A stretch of 64,000 bases of DNA from Sedimentisphaerales bacterium (GTDB taxonomy: Bacteria; Planctomycetota; Phycisphaerae; Sedimentisphaerales; Anaerobacaceae). The stretch covers positions 10,763 to 74,762 of the forward strand of contig JBEKZA010000005.1 in assembly GCA_049510335.1 (NCBI GenBank), written 5' to 3'. This document shows, piece after piece, positions 49,700 to 59,829 of this stretch. The notes under the pieces are model-generated. The model saw only the letters and a program-made list of their open reading frames with translations. It made no database searches and was not told where the DNA came from. Every line of letters starts with the position of its first letter. The stretch's first letter is position 1. Position numbers and translations under genes: made by a program.

Positions 49700-50968
49700 A
49701 TGGCAAAGGCAGCGGCAAATGCGATAGTAGCACAATCCGGCGGACCGACGGCGGTAATCAATTCGAGCATCTGCGGCGTGATTCAGGAGGCCAAACGCTC
49801 GAAGAAAATCGGGCGGGTATTGGCAGCCCATAACGGGATACTGGGCGTGCTCAAGGAGGACTTGTTTGACGTAAGCGCAGAAAAGCCGGCGGTGATAGAG
49901 GCATTGAAGCGGACACCATCAGCGGCGATGGGGTCGTGCAGATACAAACTGAAATCATTAGACCAGGCGCAGGCGGATTTCGACCGGGTATTAGACGTCT
50001 TCAAGGCGCACGATATACGATACTTCTTCTACGCAGGCGGCAACGACTCGATGGACACGGCCGACAAGGTGAATAAATTGGCGGCACATCGCGGCTACGA
50101 GCTTGTGTGCATCGGGATACCGAAAACGATAGACAATGACCTCGCATACACAGACCACTGCCCGGGATTCGGAAGCGTCGCGAAATTCGTCGCGACCTGC
50201 ACGATGGAGGCAGGCAGGGACACCGATGCGCTTTATACGCACGATACCTGCACAATTATGGAGGTGATGGGCAGAAACGCCGGCTGGATTGCCGCGGCCA
50301 CGGGACTGGCGGCCAGAACCGAAGACGATTCGCCACAACTGATTTATATGCCCGAGGCGGCGTTTACGCCTGAGAAATTCATAAACGACGTGCGGGATGT
50401 TTACAATCGGCTGGGCGGGGTCTTTATCGTCGTCGGCGAAGGACTCAAAGACGAGAAAGGCCAATATATCACCGCGGATTCAGGGGTGTTTGCGAAGGAC
50501 GCCTTCGGGCACGCTCAATTAGGCGGCGTGGCCGATATGCTCAAGGCCGTTATCGAAAAAGAGGTTGGCATAAAGACACGCTGCAACAGGTTAGGCACCA
50601 ATCAGCGGGCGTCGATGCACTTCGCGTCCCTTACCGATGTTAATGAAGCGTATATGTGCGGAAAAGCGGCGGTGAAGGCGGTGATGAACGGAATCAACGG
50701 TAAAATGATAACGCTGGTCAGAGAGAAAGGCGCGAAATATAAATGTACAACGGGACTGGCGGATTTGAAGGACGTGGCTAACGGTGAAAAGAAGGTGCCT
50801 AAGGAATACATAAATCAACAGGGCAATCATATTACTGATGCCTGTCGTAGATACGTTGGGCCTTTAATCAAAGGCGAAGCGCCAATCACAATCGGCAAGG
50901 ACGGCCTGCCCGTCTATGTCCGGCTTGCGAAAAGGCCGGTAGAGAAGAAACTGCCAAACTATTTATAA
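49700..50968 (+). CDS. pfp: 6-phosphofructokinase, PPi-dependent type (diphosphate--fructose-6-phosphate 1-phosphotransferase)
   Basis: AQSGGPTAVINSS. GGNDS has Asp where ATP-PFKs have Gly104. GIPKTIDNDL has Lys where ATP-PFKs have Gly124. MGRNAGW. Confidence 0.85.
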   Translation: MAKAAANAIVAQSGGPTAVINSSICGVIQEAKRSKKIGRVLAAHNGILGVLKEDLFDVSAEKPAVIEALKRTPSAAMGSCRYKLKSLDQAQADFDRVLDVFKAHDIRYFFYAGGNDSMDTADKVNKLAAHRGYELVCIGIPKTIDNDLAYTDHCPGFGSVAKFVATCTMEAGRDTDALYTHDTCTIMEVMGRNAGWIAAATGLAARTEDDSPQLIYMPEAAFTPEKFINDVRDVYNRLGGVFIVVGEGLKDEKGQYITADSGVFAKDAFGHAQLGGVADMLKAVIEKEVGIKTRCNRLGTNQRASMHFASLTDVNEAYMCGKAAVKAVMNGINGKMITLVREKGAKYKCTTGLADLKDVANGEKKVPKEYINQQGNHITDACRRYVGPLIKGEAPITIGKDGLPVYVRLAKRPVEKKLPNYL

Positions 50969-51009
50969 CCGGCTGTTTTACTGACGGCGCGGATTTGCAG
51001 GAGAGTTTG

Positions 51010-51915
51010 ATGACTGATGCGGCGGCACCATTAAAAGAGTTTAAGGCGACAAAGAAATTTTTCGTTGGGATTGACTCGGACGGGTGCATATTCGATACGA
51101 TGGGGATAAAGCAGCGGGAGTGTTTCTGCCCGTGGACGGTGGCATTTTTCGGTTTGCAGCCGGTCGCGGAGGCGGCAAGAGAATGCAGGATATTCGCGGA
51201 TTTATTCAGCACAACGCGGGGTGCCAACCGGCACAAGACGCTCAAGCGGATTTTGTCGGAATTATTGCCGAATCATCCGCACGTCAGGCAAAGGGGATTT
51301 AAGGTCCCGCAACTGCCTCATTATTTCGCGTGGGTGGACGACCCGAGGAGCATGTTGAGCAATGACGGGTTAAACAGGGCGTTAGAGGCCGCGAAAGACC
51401 CGATGGTGAAAAAGGAATTAGCCCTTGCGCTTGACTGGAGTAAAAAGGTGAACCAGGCGATAGCGGATATCGTCAGGGGGATACCGCCATTCCCATACGT
51501 GCGTGAGTGCCTGGAGAAGATACAGAAATTGGCGGACGTGATTGTGGTGTCCGCCACGCCGGGTGAGGCGCTGGTGCGCGAATGGCAGGAGCACGACATC
51601 GCGAAGTTTGTCGCCGTCATCGCTGGCCAGGAGATGGGAACAAAAGCGCAGCATCTTGAGTACGCTACAAAGGGCAGATACGAAAAAGACCACGTCTTGA
51701 TGGTGGGCGATGCACCGGGTGATTTGAAGGCGGCCAGGGTGAACAACGCATTGTTTTTTCCGATAGTGCCGGGCACAGAGACGGAGTCGTGGAAGCGTTT
51801 TTTTGATGAGGCGTTCGACAGGTTTATCAAGGGGAAATACGCTGGCGGTTATGAGCAGAAGCTGATTGCGGAGTTCGAGAGCTGTCTGCCTGAGAAGCCG
51901 CCGTGGGAAAGGTGA
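51010..51915 (+). CDS. HAD-superfamily hydrolase
   Basis: AGGAGA RBS. Motif I FFVGIDSDGCIFDT (DxD), motif II VVSATP, motif IV MVGDAPGD. Confidence 0.7.
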   Translation: MTDAAAPLKEFKATKKFFVGIDSDGCIFDTMGIKQRECFCPWTVAFFGLQPVAEAARECRIFADLFSTTRGANRHKTLKRILSELLPNHPHVRQRGFKVPQLPHYFAWVDDPRSMLSNDGLNRALEAAKDPMVKKELALALDWSKKVNQAIADIVRGIPPFPYVRECLEKIQKLADVIVVSATPGEALVREWQEHDIAKFVAVIAGQEMGTKAQHLEYATKGRYEKDHVLMVGDAPGDLKAARVNNALFFPIVPGTETESWKRFFDEAFDRFIKGKYAGGYEQKLIAEFESCLPEKPPWER

Positions 51916-51922
51916 GCAGGAT

Positions 51923-53173
51923 ATGGTAATTGAACGGCAAAATCCGGATGGGGTCATCAGCAGCGGGCAGATGCGAGAGGCAGTGGAGGAGTTTTTCAGA
52001 CGGAAAGATTGTTCCGGCAAAAGTATATTGTTAATTGTCCCCGATAATACGCGGTCGGGGCCTGTGGGGGAGGTATTCAGGGCTATATTCGATTGCATAG
52101 GGGCTGATGTCAAGCAGTTGGATGTTTTGGTTGCGCTTGGGACTCATCCGTCGATAAGTGATGAGCAGATTTGCGTTCGGCTGGGGATGACGGCCGGAGA
52201 GCGAAACGGGAAATACAAACGGGTGAGATTTTTCAATCACCAGTGGGACAATCCTGAGAAGTTTACATTCATCGGCAAGATAAAAGCCGCGGAGATTAAG
52301 GAGTTGACTGGCGGGCTGTTCAGTCAGGGGGTGGACGTCACTATTAACAGTATGATTCTCAATTATGACGAGTTTTTTATTTTGGGGCCGGTATTACCGC
52401 ACGAAGTTGTCGGTTTTTCGGGCGGGCACAAGTATATTTTTCCGGGGATAGCGGGCCCTGAAATCATCAACTTTTTCCACTGGCTTGGCGCGGTGATAAC
52501 GAACCCGGTGATAAACGGCAACAAGTGGACGGCGACGCGGGCGGTTGTGGAAAAGGCGGCGTCGTTTATAGAAAAACCGCACGAACTTTTTGCTGTCGTG
52601 GCCGTGGAGGGTGTGCCCAAAGGGATATTCATCGGCGACTGTAAACAGGCGTGGGAAAAGGCGGCGGATTTGTCGGCGAAGGTGCACATCGTTTACAAGG
52701 ACAAGCCATTTAAGACGGTGCTGGGCATCGCGCCGAAGATGTATGAGGATATATGGACGGCGGGCAAGGTGATGTATAAACTGGAGCCCGTGGTTGCCGA
52801 CGGCGGGATGCTGATTATCTACGCCCCGCACATCAGCGAGGTTTCCTATACACACGGCGCAATCATCGAACAGCTTGGTTATCATACCAGAGATTATTTC
52901 CTGAAGCAGTGGGACAAGTTTAAGAATTTTCCCGGCGGGGCGATGGCGCACTGCACGCACGTCAAGGGTATTGGTTCTTACGTCAACGGCGTGGAGAAAC
53001 CACGAATAAACGTTGTTTTGGCGACGGGCATAAGCAGGGAGCGGTGCCGAAAGATAAACCTCGGCTATATGAATCCAGAGCAAATCGACATAGCCAATTA
53101 CGAGAACAAGGAAGACAAAGACATATTGGTTGTGCACAACGCGGGCGAGACGTTATATAAATTGCGGGCTTGA
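51923..53173 (+). CDS. LarA-like nickel-pincer-nucleotide-dependent 2-hydroxyacid racemase/epimerase homologue (DUF2088 family)
   Basis: ILLIVPDNTRSGP, ALGTHPS, LPHEVVGFSGGHKYIFPG. The counterparts of LarA His108, His174 and Lys184 are present. Confidence 0.8.
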   Translation: MVIERQNPDGVISSGQMREAVEEFFRRKDCSGKSILLIVPDNTRSGPVGEVFRAIFDCIGADVKQLDVLVALGTHPSISDEQICVRLGMTAGERNGKYKRVRFFNHQWDNPEKFTFIGKIKAAEIKELTGGLFSQGVDVTINSMILNYDEFFILGPVLPHEVVGFSGGHKYIFPGIAGPEIINFFHWLGAVITNPVINGNKWTATRAVVEKAASFIEKPHELFAVVAVEGVPKGIFIGDCKQAWEKAADLSAKVHIVYKDKPFKTVLGIAPKMYEDIWTAGKVMYKLEPVVADGGMLIIYAPHISEVSYTHGAIIEQLGYHTRDYFLKQWDKFKNFPGGAMAHCTHVKGIGSYVNGVEKPRINVVLATGISRERCRKINLGYMNPEQIDIANYENKEDKDILVVHNAGETLYKLRA

Positions 53174-53188
53174 AAGGAATCGGCAAAA

Positions 53189-54640
<1,452 letters not shown>

Positions 54641-54649
54641 TAACTTCAG

Positions 54650-54680
54650 GCCGCTGGCAGGAATGACGCAGCTCAGCGGC
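54650..54680 (+). terminator. Hairpin after gnd
   Basis: GCCGCTG ... CAGCGGC stem. The downstream T-run is weak. Confidence 0.3.
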
Positions 54681-54683
54681 AGA

Positions 54684-54712
54684 TTGACTTTTGCGAATCA
54701 TGAGGTTATATT
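54684..54712 (+). promoter_or_regulatory. Near-consensus sigma70-type promoter for the 54765 small ORF
   Basis: TTGACT, a 17 nt spacer, then TATATT. Confidence 0.45.
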
Positions 54713-54764
54713 TTGCAGAGAGTGGTTATTTCAAGTTTCTGAAGGATAATACAGAAGGTAAAAT

Positions 54765-55010
54765 ATGACGCTGTTTTGGACGCTGATAATAACGGCCGCA
54801 ATCCTGGTGGGGCTGGGCTGGATTGCATACGGGATATACGATTACAGGGAAAGCAAGCTGGAAAAGCAAAGGCCCAAGGAAAGGTCCGAGCGCTACACGC
54901 AGGCGACGGACTCGGTTTCCGACTATGCGAAAAAACTGGCCGAATTCAAAAAGCCCACCTACAAGCGAGATGAATCCTCTCCCCCGGATACAAACCAGCC
55001 GCAGGGATAG
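54765..55010 (+). CDS. Small single-TM protein with a charged tail, function unknown
   Basis: N-terminal helix LFWTLIITAAILVGLGWIAYGIY followed by a Lys/Glu-rich tail. Sits behind the promoter above. Confidence 0.5.
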   Translation: MTLFWTLIITAAILVGLGWIAYGIYDYRESKLEKQRPKERSERYTQATDSVSDYAKKLAEFKKPTYKRDESSPPDTNQPQG

Positions 55011-55145
55011 TTGCCGATGGCAGGCGCGTTTCTAAACGGTGATGCTCAGGTAGCCGGGCGGAATGCATTTGTAGAAAATTTTTGGCTCGTAAATGCCCCA
55101 CCCCGAAGAGCTTATGAACACAGGCGTAAAATTTACATTTTTTAC

Positions 55146-55225
55146 TTGATGTTCCCGATAAATCTTATATAGTAGATTATCACTATATGGTTTAGAGGAG
55201 AATAGAACGATAATGAATTATCGTT
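55146..55225 (+). promoter_or_regulatory. Putative promoter with two inverted repeats (operator-like) upstream of the TPR / Cys-rich / unknown three-gene module
   Basis: TTGATG, a 16 nt spacer, then TATAGT (55146-55173). IR1 is ATATAGT-N8-ACTATAT (55167-55188) and overlaps the -10. IR2 is AACGATAAT-GA-ATTATCGTT (55206-55225). Confidence 0.4.
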
Positions 55226-55351
55226 AGATAGCTTAGAGAGAGAGGAAAACACATGCCCACATCCAACACCCTAAGACAGATCTTTGTTCGTAAAACCCAT
55301 TTTTTCTGCAATTCACAAATCAAACCTCGTTTCCCGGAAAGGACGGCAATT

Positions 55352-57001
55352 ATGTCGAGGCAGATATACTGCATTATTGTAATCCTTCTTGTGGTGAGCA
55401 TTGTTAAACCACTGCCGGCCAACGCTTCGCCACTCGATATTGGCTCAGAAAAATCTCAGATTGTTTCATTCATCGCAGCAGGCAATCTGGGCGAGGCGGA
55501 TTCAGCGGTTGCCGAAATTATGGAGATGCCCGCCAGCAGGGAAAAGGGTCATACACTTCAGCAGATAGCCGGAGCATATCAACAAGCCAAGCAGTATGAC
55601 AGGGCGATAACGCTTTGCGACTATGTGCTGAAGAACTGGCCTAATGAGGATTTTGCCGTCTGGGCGGGGATGTCGATGGCACTTTCGCAGATGGACAGCA
55701 AGGATTTCACGGCGGTCGAGAAGACGATTGAGCGTATAACTAACGATTGTGCCAACGATGCTAATCTGCCGTGGGTGCTTTCGATTATCGCGGACGGCTA
55801 CGCAGCCAATAAGATGGACGACAAGGCCCGGCATCTCCGCGAGGTCGCTATCGACAAGTCGCCGGAAAGTATATGGGGTGCTGAGGCGCAGATACTGTCT
55901 TTGATTAATCAGCGGGGTTATAAGGTCGCGCAGAAGCGGGTTAATTCGCTGATAACGGATTTTAACGGTAATCCGAATTTGTCAGAGATGGTGTTTCGAA
56001 TCGGTCAGGAATTCTGCTGGAAACACAGATATGCCGAGGCAAACGATGTTTTTGCCCGTTTCGATACCGACAAAGCGAAATTGTGGCGTCAGTGCGCTAT
56101 AACCTGCGATTTCGTCAGGCAGGGGCAGGATGACCAGGCGGCCAAAGCCCTCAAAAAAATGAACGCGGACTTCCTGAATAATCCGGGATTGGCGGAGGCG
56201 ATGTATCGGGTGGGTCAGGAACTTGAGTGGTGCAAAGGCGAAAAGGCCGCCGGTTCGCGCGAATATGTCGCGGCAACTGAAGCATATAAGGGGGTAATGC
56301 AGCAGTTTGGCTCGACAGCGACAGGCAAACAGGCCGACTGGGATTCTCGCCGGCTGGAAGCGCGTATCGCTATCCTTGACGCGATTGAAAACAACTCTCC
56401 GGGGGCTGATGCGGCGGTGGATAAGATGGCTTCCGAACTTGCCGGCAGACCTGAGCTTGCCGACGAGCTTTCCTGGATGGCGGCCTGGTGCAATGACCAT
56501 CAAAAATACGATATGGTCGATAAACTTGACAGGCGGATAATGACGGAATACCCCAACAGTGACGCAAGCGTTCAATCGCTGTGGCGTATAGTCACCGCTA
56601 TTGTCACAGCGAACGACGATGCAAATGACACCGTCAGCCAGATAAAAAAGCGGTTCGCGGACGGTCGGAAGCTCCTGCCGGCGTTAATTACAGCGGGGAA
56701 AATTTATCAGCAGAAGGCAGAAGGACTGCCGGAGGTAGACCAGAAACCATATTTAGAGAAGGCGATTCGGCTGTTCACCGAGACCGTACAAACCGCACCA
56801 AGCCCCACTGCGACGCCCGGGACATACCTGCAACTGGCGGATTGTTATCGAAAATTGCACAGGTTTTCGGAGGCGCTTGCCTGCTACGAAGAAATAAAGG
56901 GGAAATGGCCGGATAGCTCACTCGAAAAAGAATGCCTTATGGGTATCCAGACGTGCAACATAGAAATTCACAAGGACAAGGAGAATGGCTATGTTAAATA
57001 A
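55352..57001 (+). CDS. Secreted TPR-like helical-repeat protein
   Basis: Signal peptide MSRQIYCIIVILLVVSIVKPLPANA. Recurring modules of the type NSLITDFNGNPNLSEMVFRIGQEF / MNADFLNNPGLAEAMYRVGQELEW and a terminal canonical TPR (YLQLADCYRKLHRFSEALACYEEI). An alternative start lies at 55253. Confidence 0.7.
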   Translation: MSRQIYCIIVILLVVSIVKPLPANASPLDIGSEKSQIVSFIAAGNLGEADSAVAEIMEMPASREKGHTLQQIAGAYQQAKQYDRAITLCDYVLKNWPNEDFAVWAGMSMALSQMDSKDFTAVEKTIERITNDCANDANLPWVLSIIADGYAANKMDDKARHLREVAIDKSPESIWGAEAQILSLINQRGYKVAQKRVNSLITDFNGNPNLSEMVFRIGQEFCWKHRYAEANDVFARFDTDKAKLWRQCAITCDFVRQGQDDQAAKALKKMNADFLNNPGLAEAMYRVGQELEWCKGEKAAGSREYVAATEAYKGVMQQFGSTATGKQADWDSRRLEARIAILDAIENNSPGADAAVDKMASELAGRPELADELSWMAAWCNDHQKYDMVDKLDRRIMTEYPNSDASVQSLWRIVTAIVTANDDANDTVSQIKKRFADGRKLLPALITAGKIYQQKAEGLPEVDQKPYLEKAIRLFTETVQTAPSPTATPGTYLQLADCYRKLHRFSEALACYEEIKGKWPDSSLEKECLMGIQTCNIEIHKDKENGYVK

Positions 57002-57902
57002 GCCCACTACAAATGAGAAAATCAAGGTCCGTCAGTCCGTAAGGACTCCACGGGAGGACTCCCTAGGAGAACACCGGCTCATAAGAACGGGATTTCTGGC
57101 GCTATTTGTGTCCTTTTGTCTTCTTGCGGGTGTCTGCAGCCCCGTTTTTGCCAATGGTTGTGTGCCTACCTGCTCGGGCTATACGTACTGGGAACAGATT
57201 TATAGTTGCGACGTTACTCCATGGCCATATTGCATGTGTGAGCAGATGGTATTAGAAACGCTGAATTGGAAGACAACAGGAAACTGCTGTAGCGGGATAT
57301 GCCGGGTAAAATCTGTCACAACAGGAGTCGTTGGGCAGATATATGAATGCTACGGGGGGCTTCCAAACTGTAGTCCGGGCGTTTGCCCCACTTCATTGTA
57401 TGAGGAAGTTGAAGGCAACGTCCCCGCCGAGTTCGGCTGCACCTGCTGCGACCCCCCCTGCCACGCGGACTACTGCGAGGAGTGCGTGGATTGCGTCTGC
57501 AAAGTTTGCGGCGACGACCCGAAAAAGTGCTGCAAAAATGGGGAATGCAAACAATGTTGCTACACCTGGAATAAATTCGCGTGCGAAGTACATAATTATG
57601 GTTGCGGTTGCGATCCCATTGGCACTTCAACTTGCACTGATTCTGACCCAAAAGAGTGGACCATTGGAACTTTAAACGATTGTTCTTCGGAGTGTACTGG
57701 CGGTCCCCCCTGTAGTGATTACACTTACATAAATATTCCGTGCTATGCGACGCAGTCCTGTATCGAAGGATCATGGTCTTATGATAGTACTTGCATTGCC
57801 CCGCCTGAGGACTGCACTCCTACATATTTAGGAATTTGCCAGCATTGTCAAGGTGGTGGTCCAGCTACTGTCGTGAAAGGCCCTGATTGTCAGTGTAATT
57901 GA
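56985..57902 (+). CDS. Secreted/anchored hyper-cysteine-rich protein, function unknown
   Basis: AGGAGA RBS. Its start lies within the last 17 nt of the upstream gene. Hydrophobic segment FLALFVSFCLLAGVCSPVFA, then a mature region dense in CC, CxC and CxxC (for example CTCCDPPCHADYCEECVDCVCKVCGDDPKKCCKNGECKQCC). Confidence 0.7.
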   Translation: MAMLNKPTTNEKIKVRQSVRTPREDSLGEHRLIRTGFLALFVSFCLLAGVCSPVFANGCVPTCSGYTYWEQIYSCDVTPWPYCMCEQMVLETLNWKTTGNCCSGICRVKSVTTGVVGQIYECYGGLPNCSPGVCPTSLYEEVEGNVPAEFGCTCCDPPCHADYCEECVDCVCKVCGDDPKKCCKNGECKQCCYTWNKFACEVHNYGCGCDPIGTSTCTDSDPKEWTIGTLNDCSSECTGGPPCSDYTYINIPCYATQSCIEGSWSYDSTCIAPPEDCTPTYLGICQHCQGGGPATVVKGPDCQCN

Positions 57903-57960
57903 TTATATTTTGTTCTGACGTAACCAGAAAAATATTTTGATATGATAAAGAGGTTATAAG

Positions 57961-59127
57961 ATGAATATAAAATTTATGGATGTTCGTAGCCAAAACAAAA
58001 CAATATCGTTGTGGTTTATTACCTTGCTTGTTTTTTTTGCAATTCCACAGCAGGTTTATTCGGCAAATGAGCAGCAATGGATTCAAGTACCGGAGGCAAA
58101 TTATGCCGATGTTCTTGAACTGATTGTGTTGAGAGCGAAGGCAAATTATGATGAGATTTCTTCGTGGCAGGGCCGAATAAATATAATGGAGACAATCCAT
58201 CATTATGGAATGAATGCTGCAGAAATGGTTCGAGTAGATAAGAATGTTCTAAAAGGAGATACGCAACATATATGCAGTATAGACAAAACAGTTGCTGAAT
58301 TTGCTGTGGATATGCGCGAAGACAAACTATATTCCAGTGTCAAACCAGCTGTGCAGTTTAAAGCTGTAGATTTGGACCAGTATGTTCCGTTGGCTAAGGG
58401 GATAAAGATATCAAGTAGAATAAGGACAGTTCTGACACCAGATAGTTGGATGTCGTATGAACCTGACTTCAACTATGCCCCAAAGTTTCATCAAGGGCGA
58501 CCAAATAAGATGGTATTTATTAACGTACCTACGGAGGTAAAAGGCGGACAGAATGGAGAGATTCGCGACCCTCGTATATTTTTCAATTCCGGAGGAGAAA
58601 ACAAAAAACTATGGGATACCCTTTTACAAATAAAAAGTAATATCAACGAACGTATAAAGGAGCGTGTCGCGGGTTATCCTCATATAGAGATAAGTTCTTT
58701 GAATACGGATAAAAGCATTAGGTATCGTATTTTAACTACATGGAGGGGCGGCGAGAATTATGTGATGAAGTATATCCGTTCACTGCTTGAAGTTGACGAG
58801 GCAGTTGGTTTTAACACGACAAAGGTTGAGGTAAGTAGTCCGGATGGAGTTAAGTTAACTTCACAGCAGTACACTTACGAGCAAATCGGGGAAATGTATG
58901 TTCCCAAAACTGTCAAGAAAGAGCAACGCAATAATAAAGGCGATATTACAGACACATCTGAAATAACTATCGAAACTACCGGCATAAATAAACCTCTGCC
59001 GGAAGATACGTTTACCATCAAGAATCTTGGAGTCGAAGAAGATGCGATTGTCACCAACAACATAAAAAAAGCCGAGTTTAGATATAGCAAAGGTAATCTT
59101 GTCCCGATTGCAGATACGAATGAATAG
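57961..59127 (+). CDS. Secreted protein of unknown function, encoded by a markedly AT-rich gene
   Basis: AGAGG RBS. Signal peptide ISLWFITLLVFFAIPQQVYSA. Beta-rich with no recognisable catalytic motif. Any LolA/RseB-like fold resemblance is speculation. Confidence 0.65.
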   Translation: MNIKFMDVRSQNKTISLWFITLLVFFAIPQQVYSANEQQWIQVPEANYADVLELIVLRAKANYDEISSWQGRINIMETIHHYGMNAAEMVRVDKNVLKGDTQHICSIDKTVAEFAVDMREDKLYSSVKPAVQFKAVDLDQYVPLAKGIKISSRIRTVLTPDSWMSYEPDFNYAPKFHQGRPNKMVFINVPTEVKGGQNGEIRDPRIFFNSGGENKKLWDTLLQIKSNINERIKERVAGYPHIEISSLNTDKSIRYRILTTWRGGENYVMKYIRSLLEVDEAVGFNTTKVEVSSPDGVKLTSQQYTYEQIGEMYVPKTVKKEQRNNKGDITDTSEITIETTGINKPLPEDTFTIKNLGVEEDAIVTNNIKKAEFRYSKGNLVPIADTNE

Positions 59128-59281
59128 CTTGTTCAAGCGGGTGTACGGCGTATTTGAAACGGCGGTTCGGAAAATGAGAAAGAAAATCGCTTTATTAACG
59201 CAGACGCCAGCCGTGCGAATCCAACATTGGTTATATTCTCGGCGAAACAAACGCCGAGGACCATTTTATAATTTGGTCCGA

Positions 59282-59815
59282 TTAATTTTTCGCCGCAGGA
59301 TTGTCGTGCAGCCCGGGCCCGGGTTTCATATATTCGAACAGCTCGAAGATTTCGCCTGATGGTCCCCTGAAAAACGCGATTTTAACGCCGCCGAACAGAT
59401 TCGGGTCTTCCGTGACGGGCATATTGAAGCTGATGCCTTTGGCTTTGAGCTGCTCAAAAGTTTTGTTAATGTCCGCCACTTCAAGCGCGACATGGTTGAT
59501 AACCCCGGTAGGCCACGGTGCGATTTTGGCAACGTCCTTTGGTTCCAGCAGCTCGATTATGCACGAGCCCTTCCTGACAAGAACGAACTTGAAGCCGGAC
59601 GCAAGCTCTGTTTGGTGAATCAGCCCGAACCCGAGGGTGTCGGTGTAAAATTTGAGCGACTTCTGAATGTCTTTTGTATAAATGCAGATATGCGCAAGGC
59701 CCGTGATGCCGACGCTGTTGGCGTCAGCGGCAAGCGCGGGGCGCTGGGCAGAAACGATTGTCGCCGCGGCTAAAAGCAATTTAGCCAGATTTTTCCTGAT
59801 TTGTCCTGTAGACAT
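59282..59815 (-). CDS. Secreted VOC-family (glyoxalase-fold) protein
   Basis: Signal peptide ending ALAADA. LAHICIYTKDIQKSLKFYTDTLGF and NHVALEVADI. Confidence 0.75.
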   Translation of the reverse strand: MSTGQIRKNLAKLLLAAATIVSAQRPALAADANSVGITGLAHICIYTKDIQKSLKFYTDTLGFGLIHQTELASGFKFVLVRKGSCIIELLEPKDVAKIAPWPTGVINHVALEVADINKTFEQLKAKGISFNMPVTEDPNLFGGVKIAFFRGPSGEIFELFEYMKPGPGLHDNPAAKN

Positions 59816-59829
59816 AGTTGGTCATCCTT

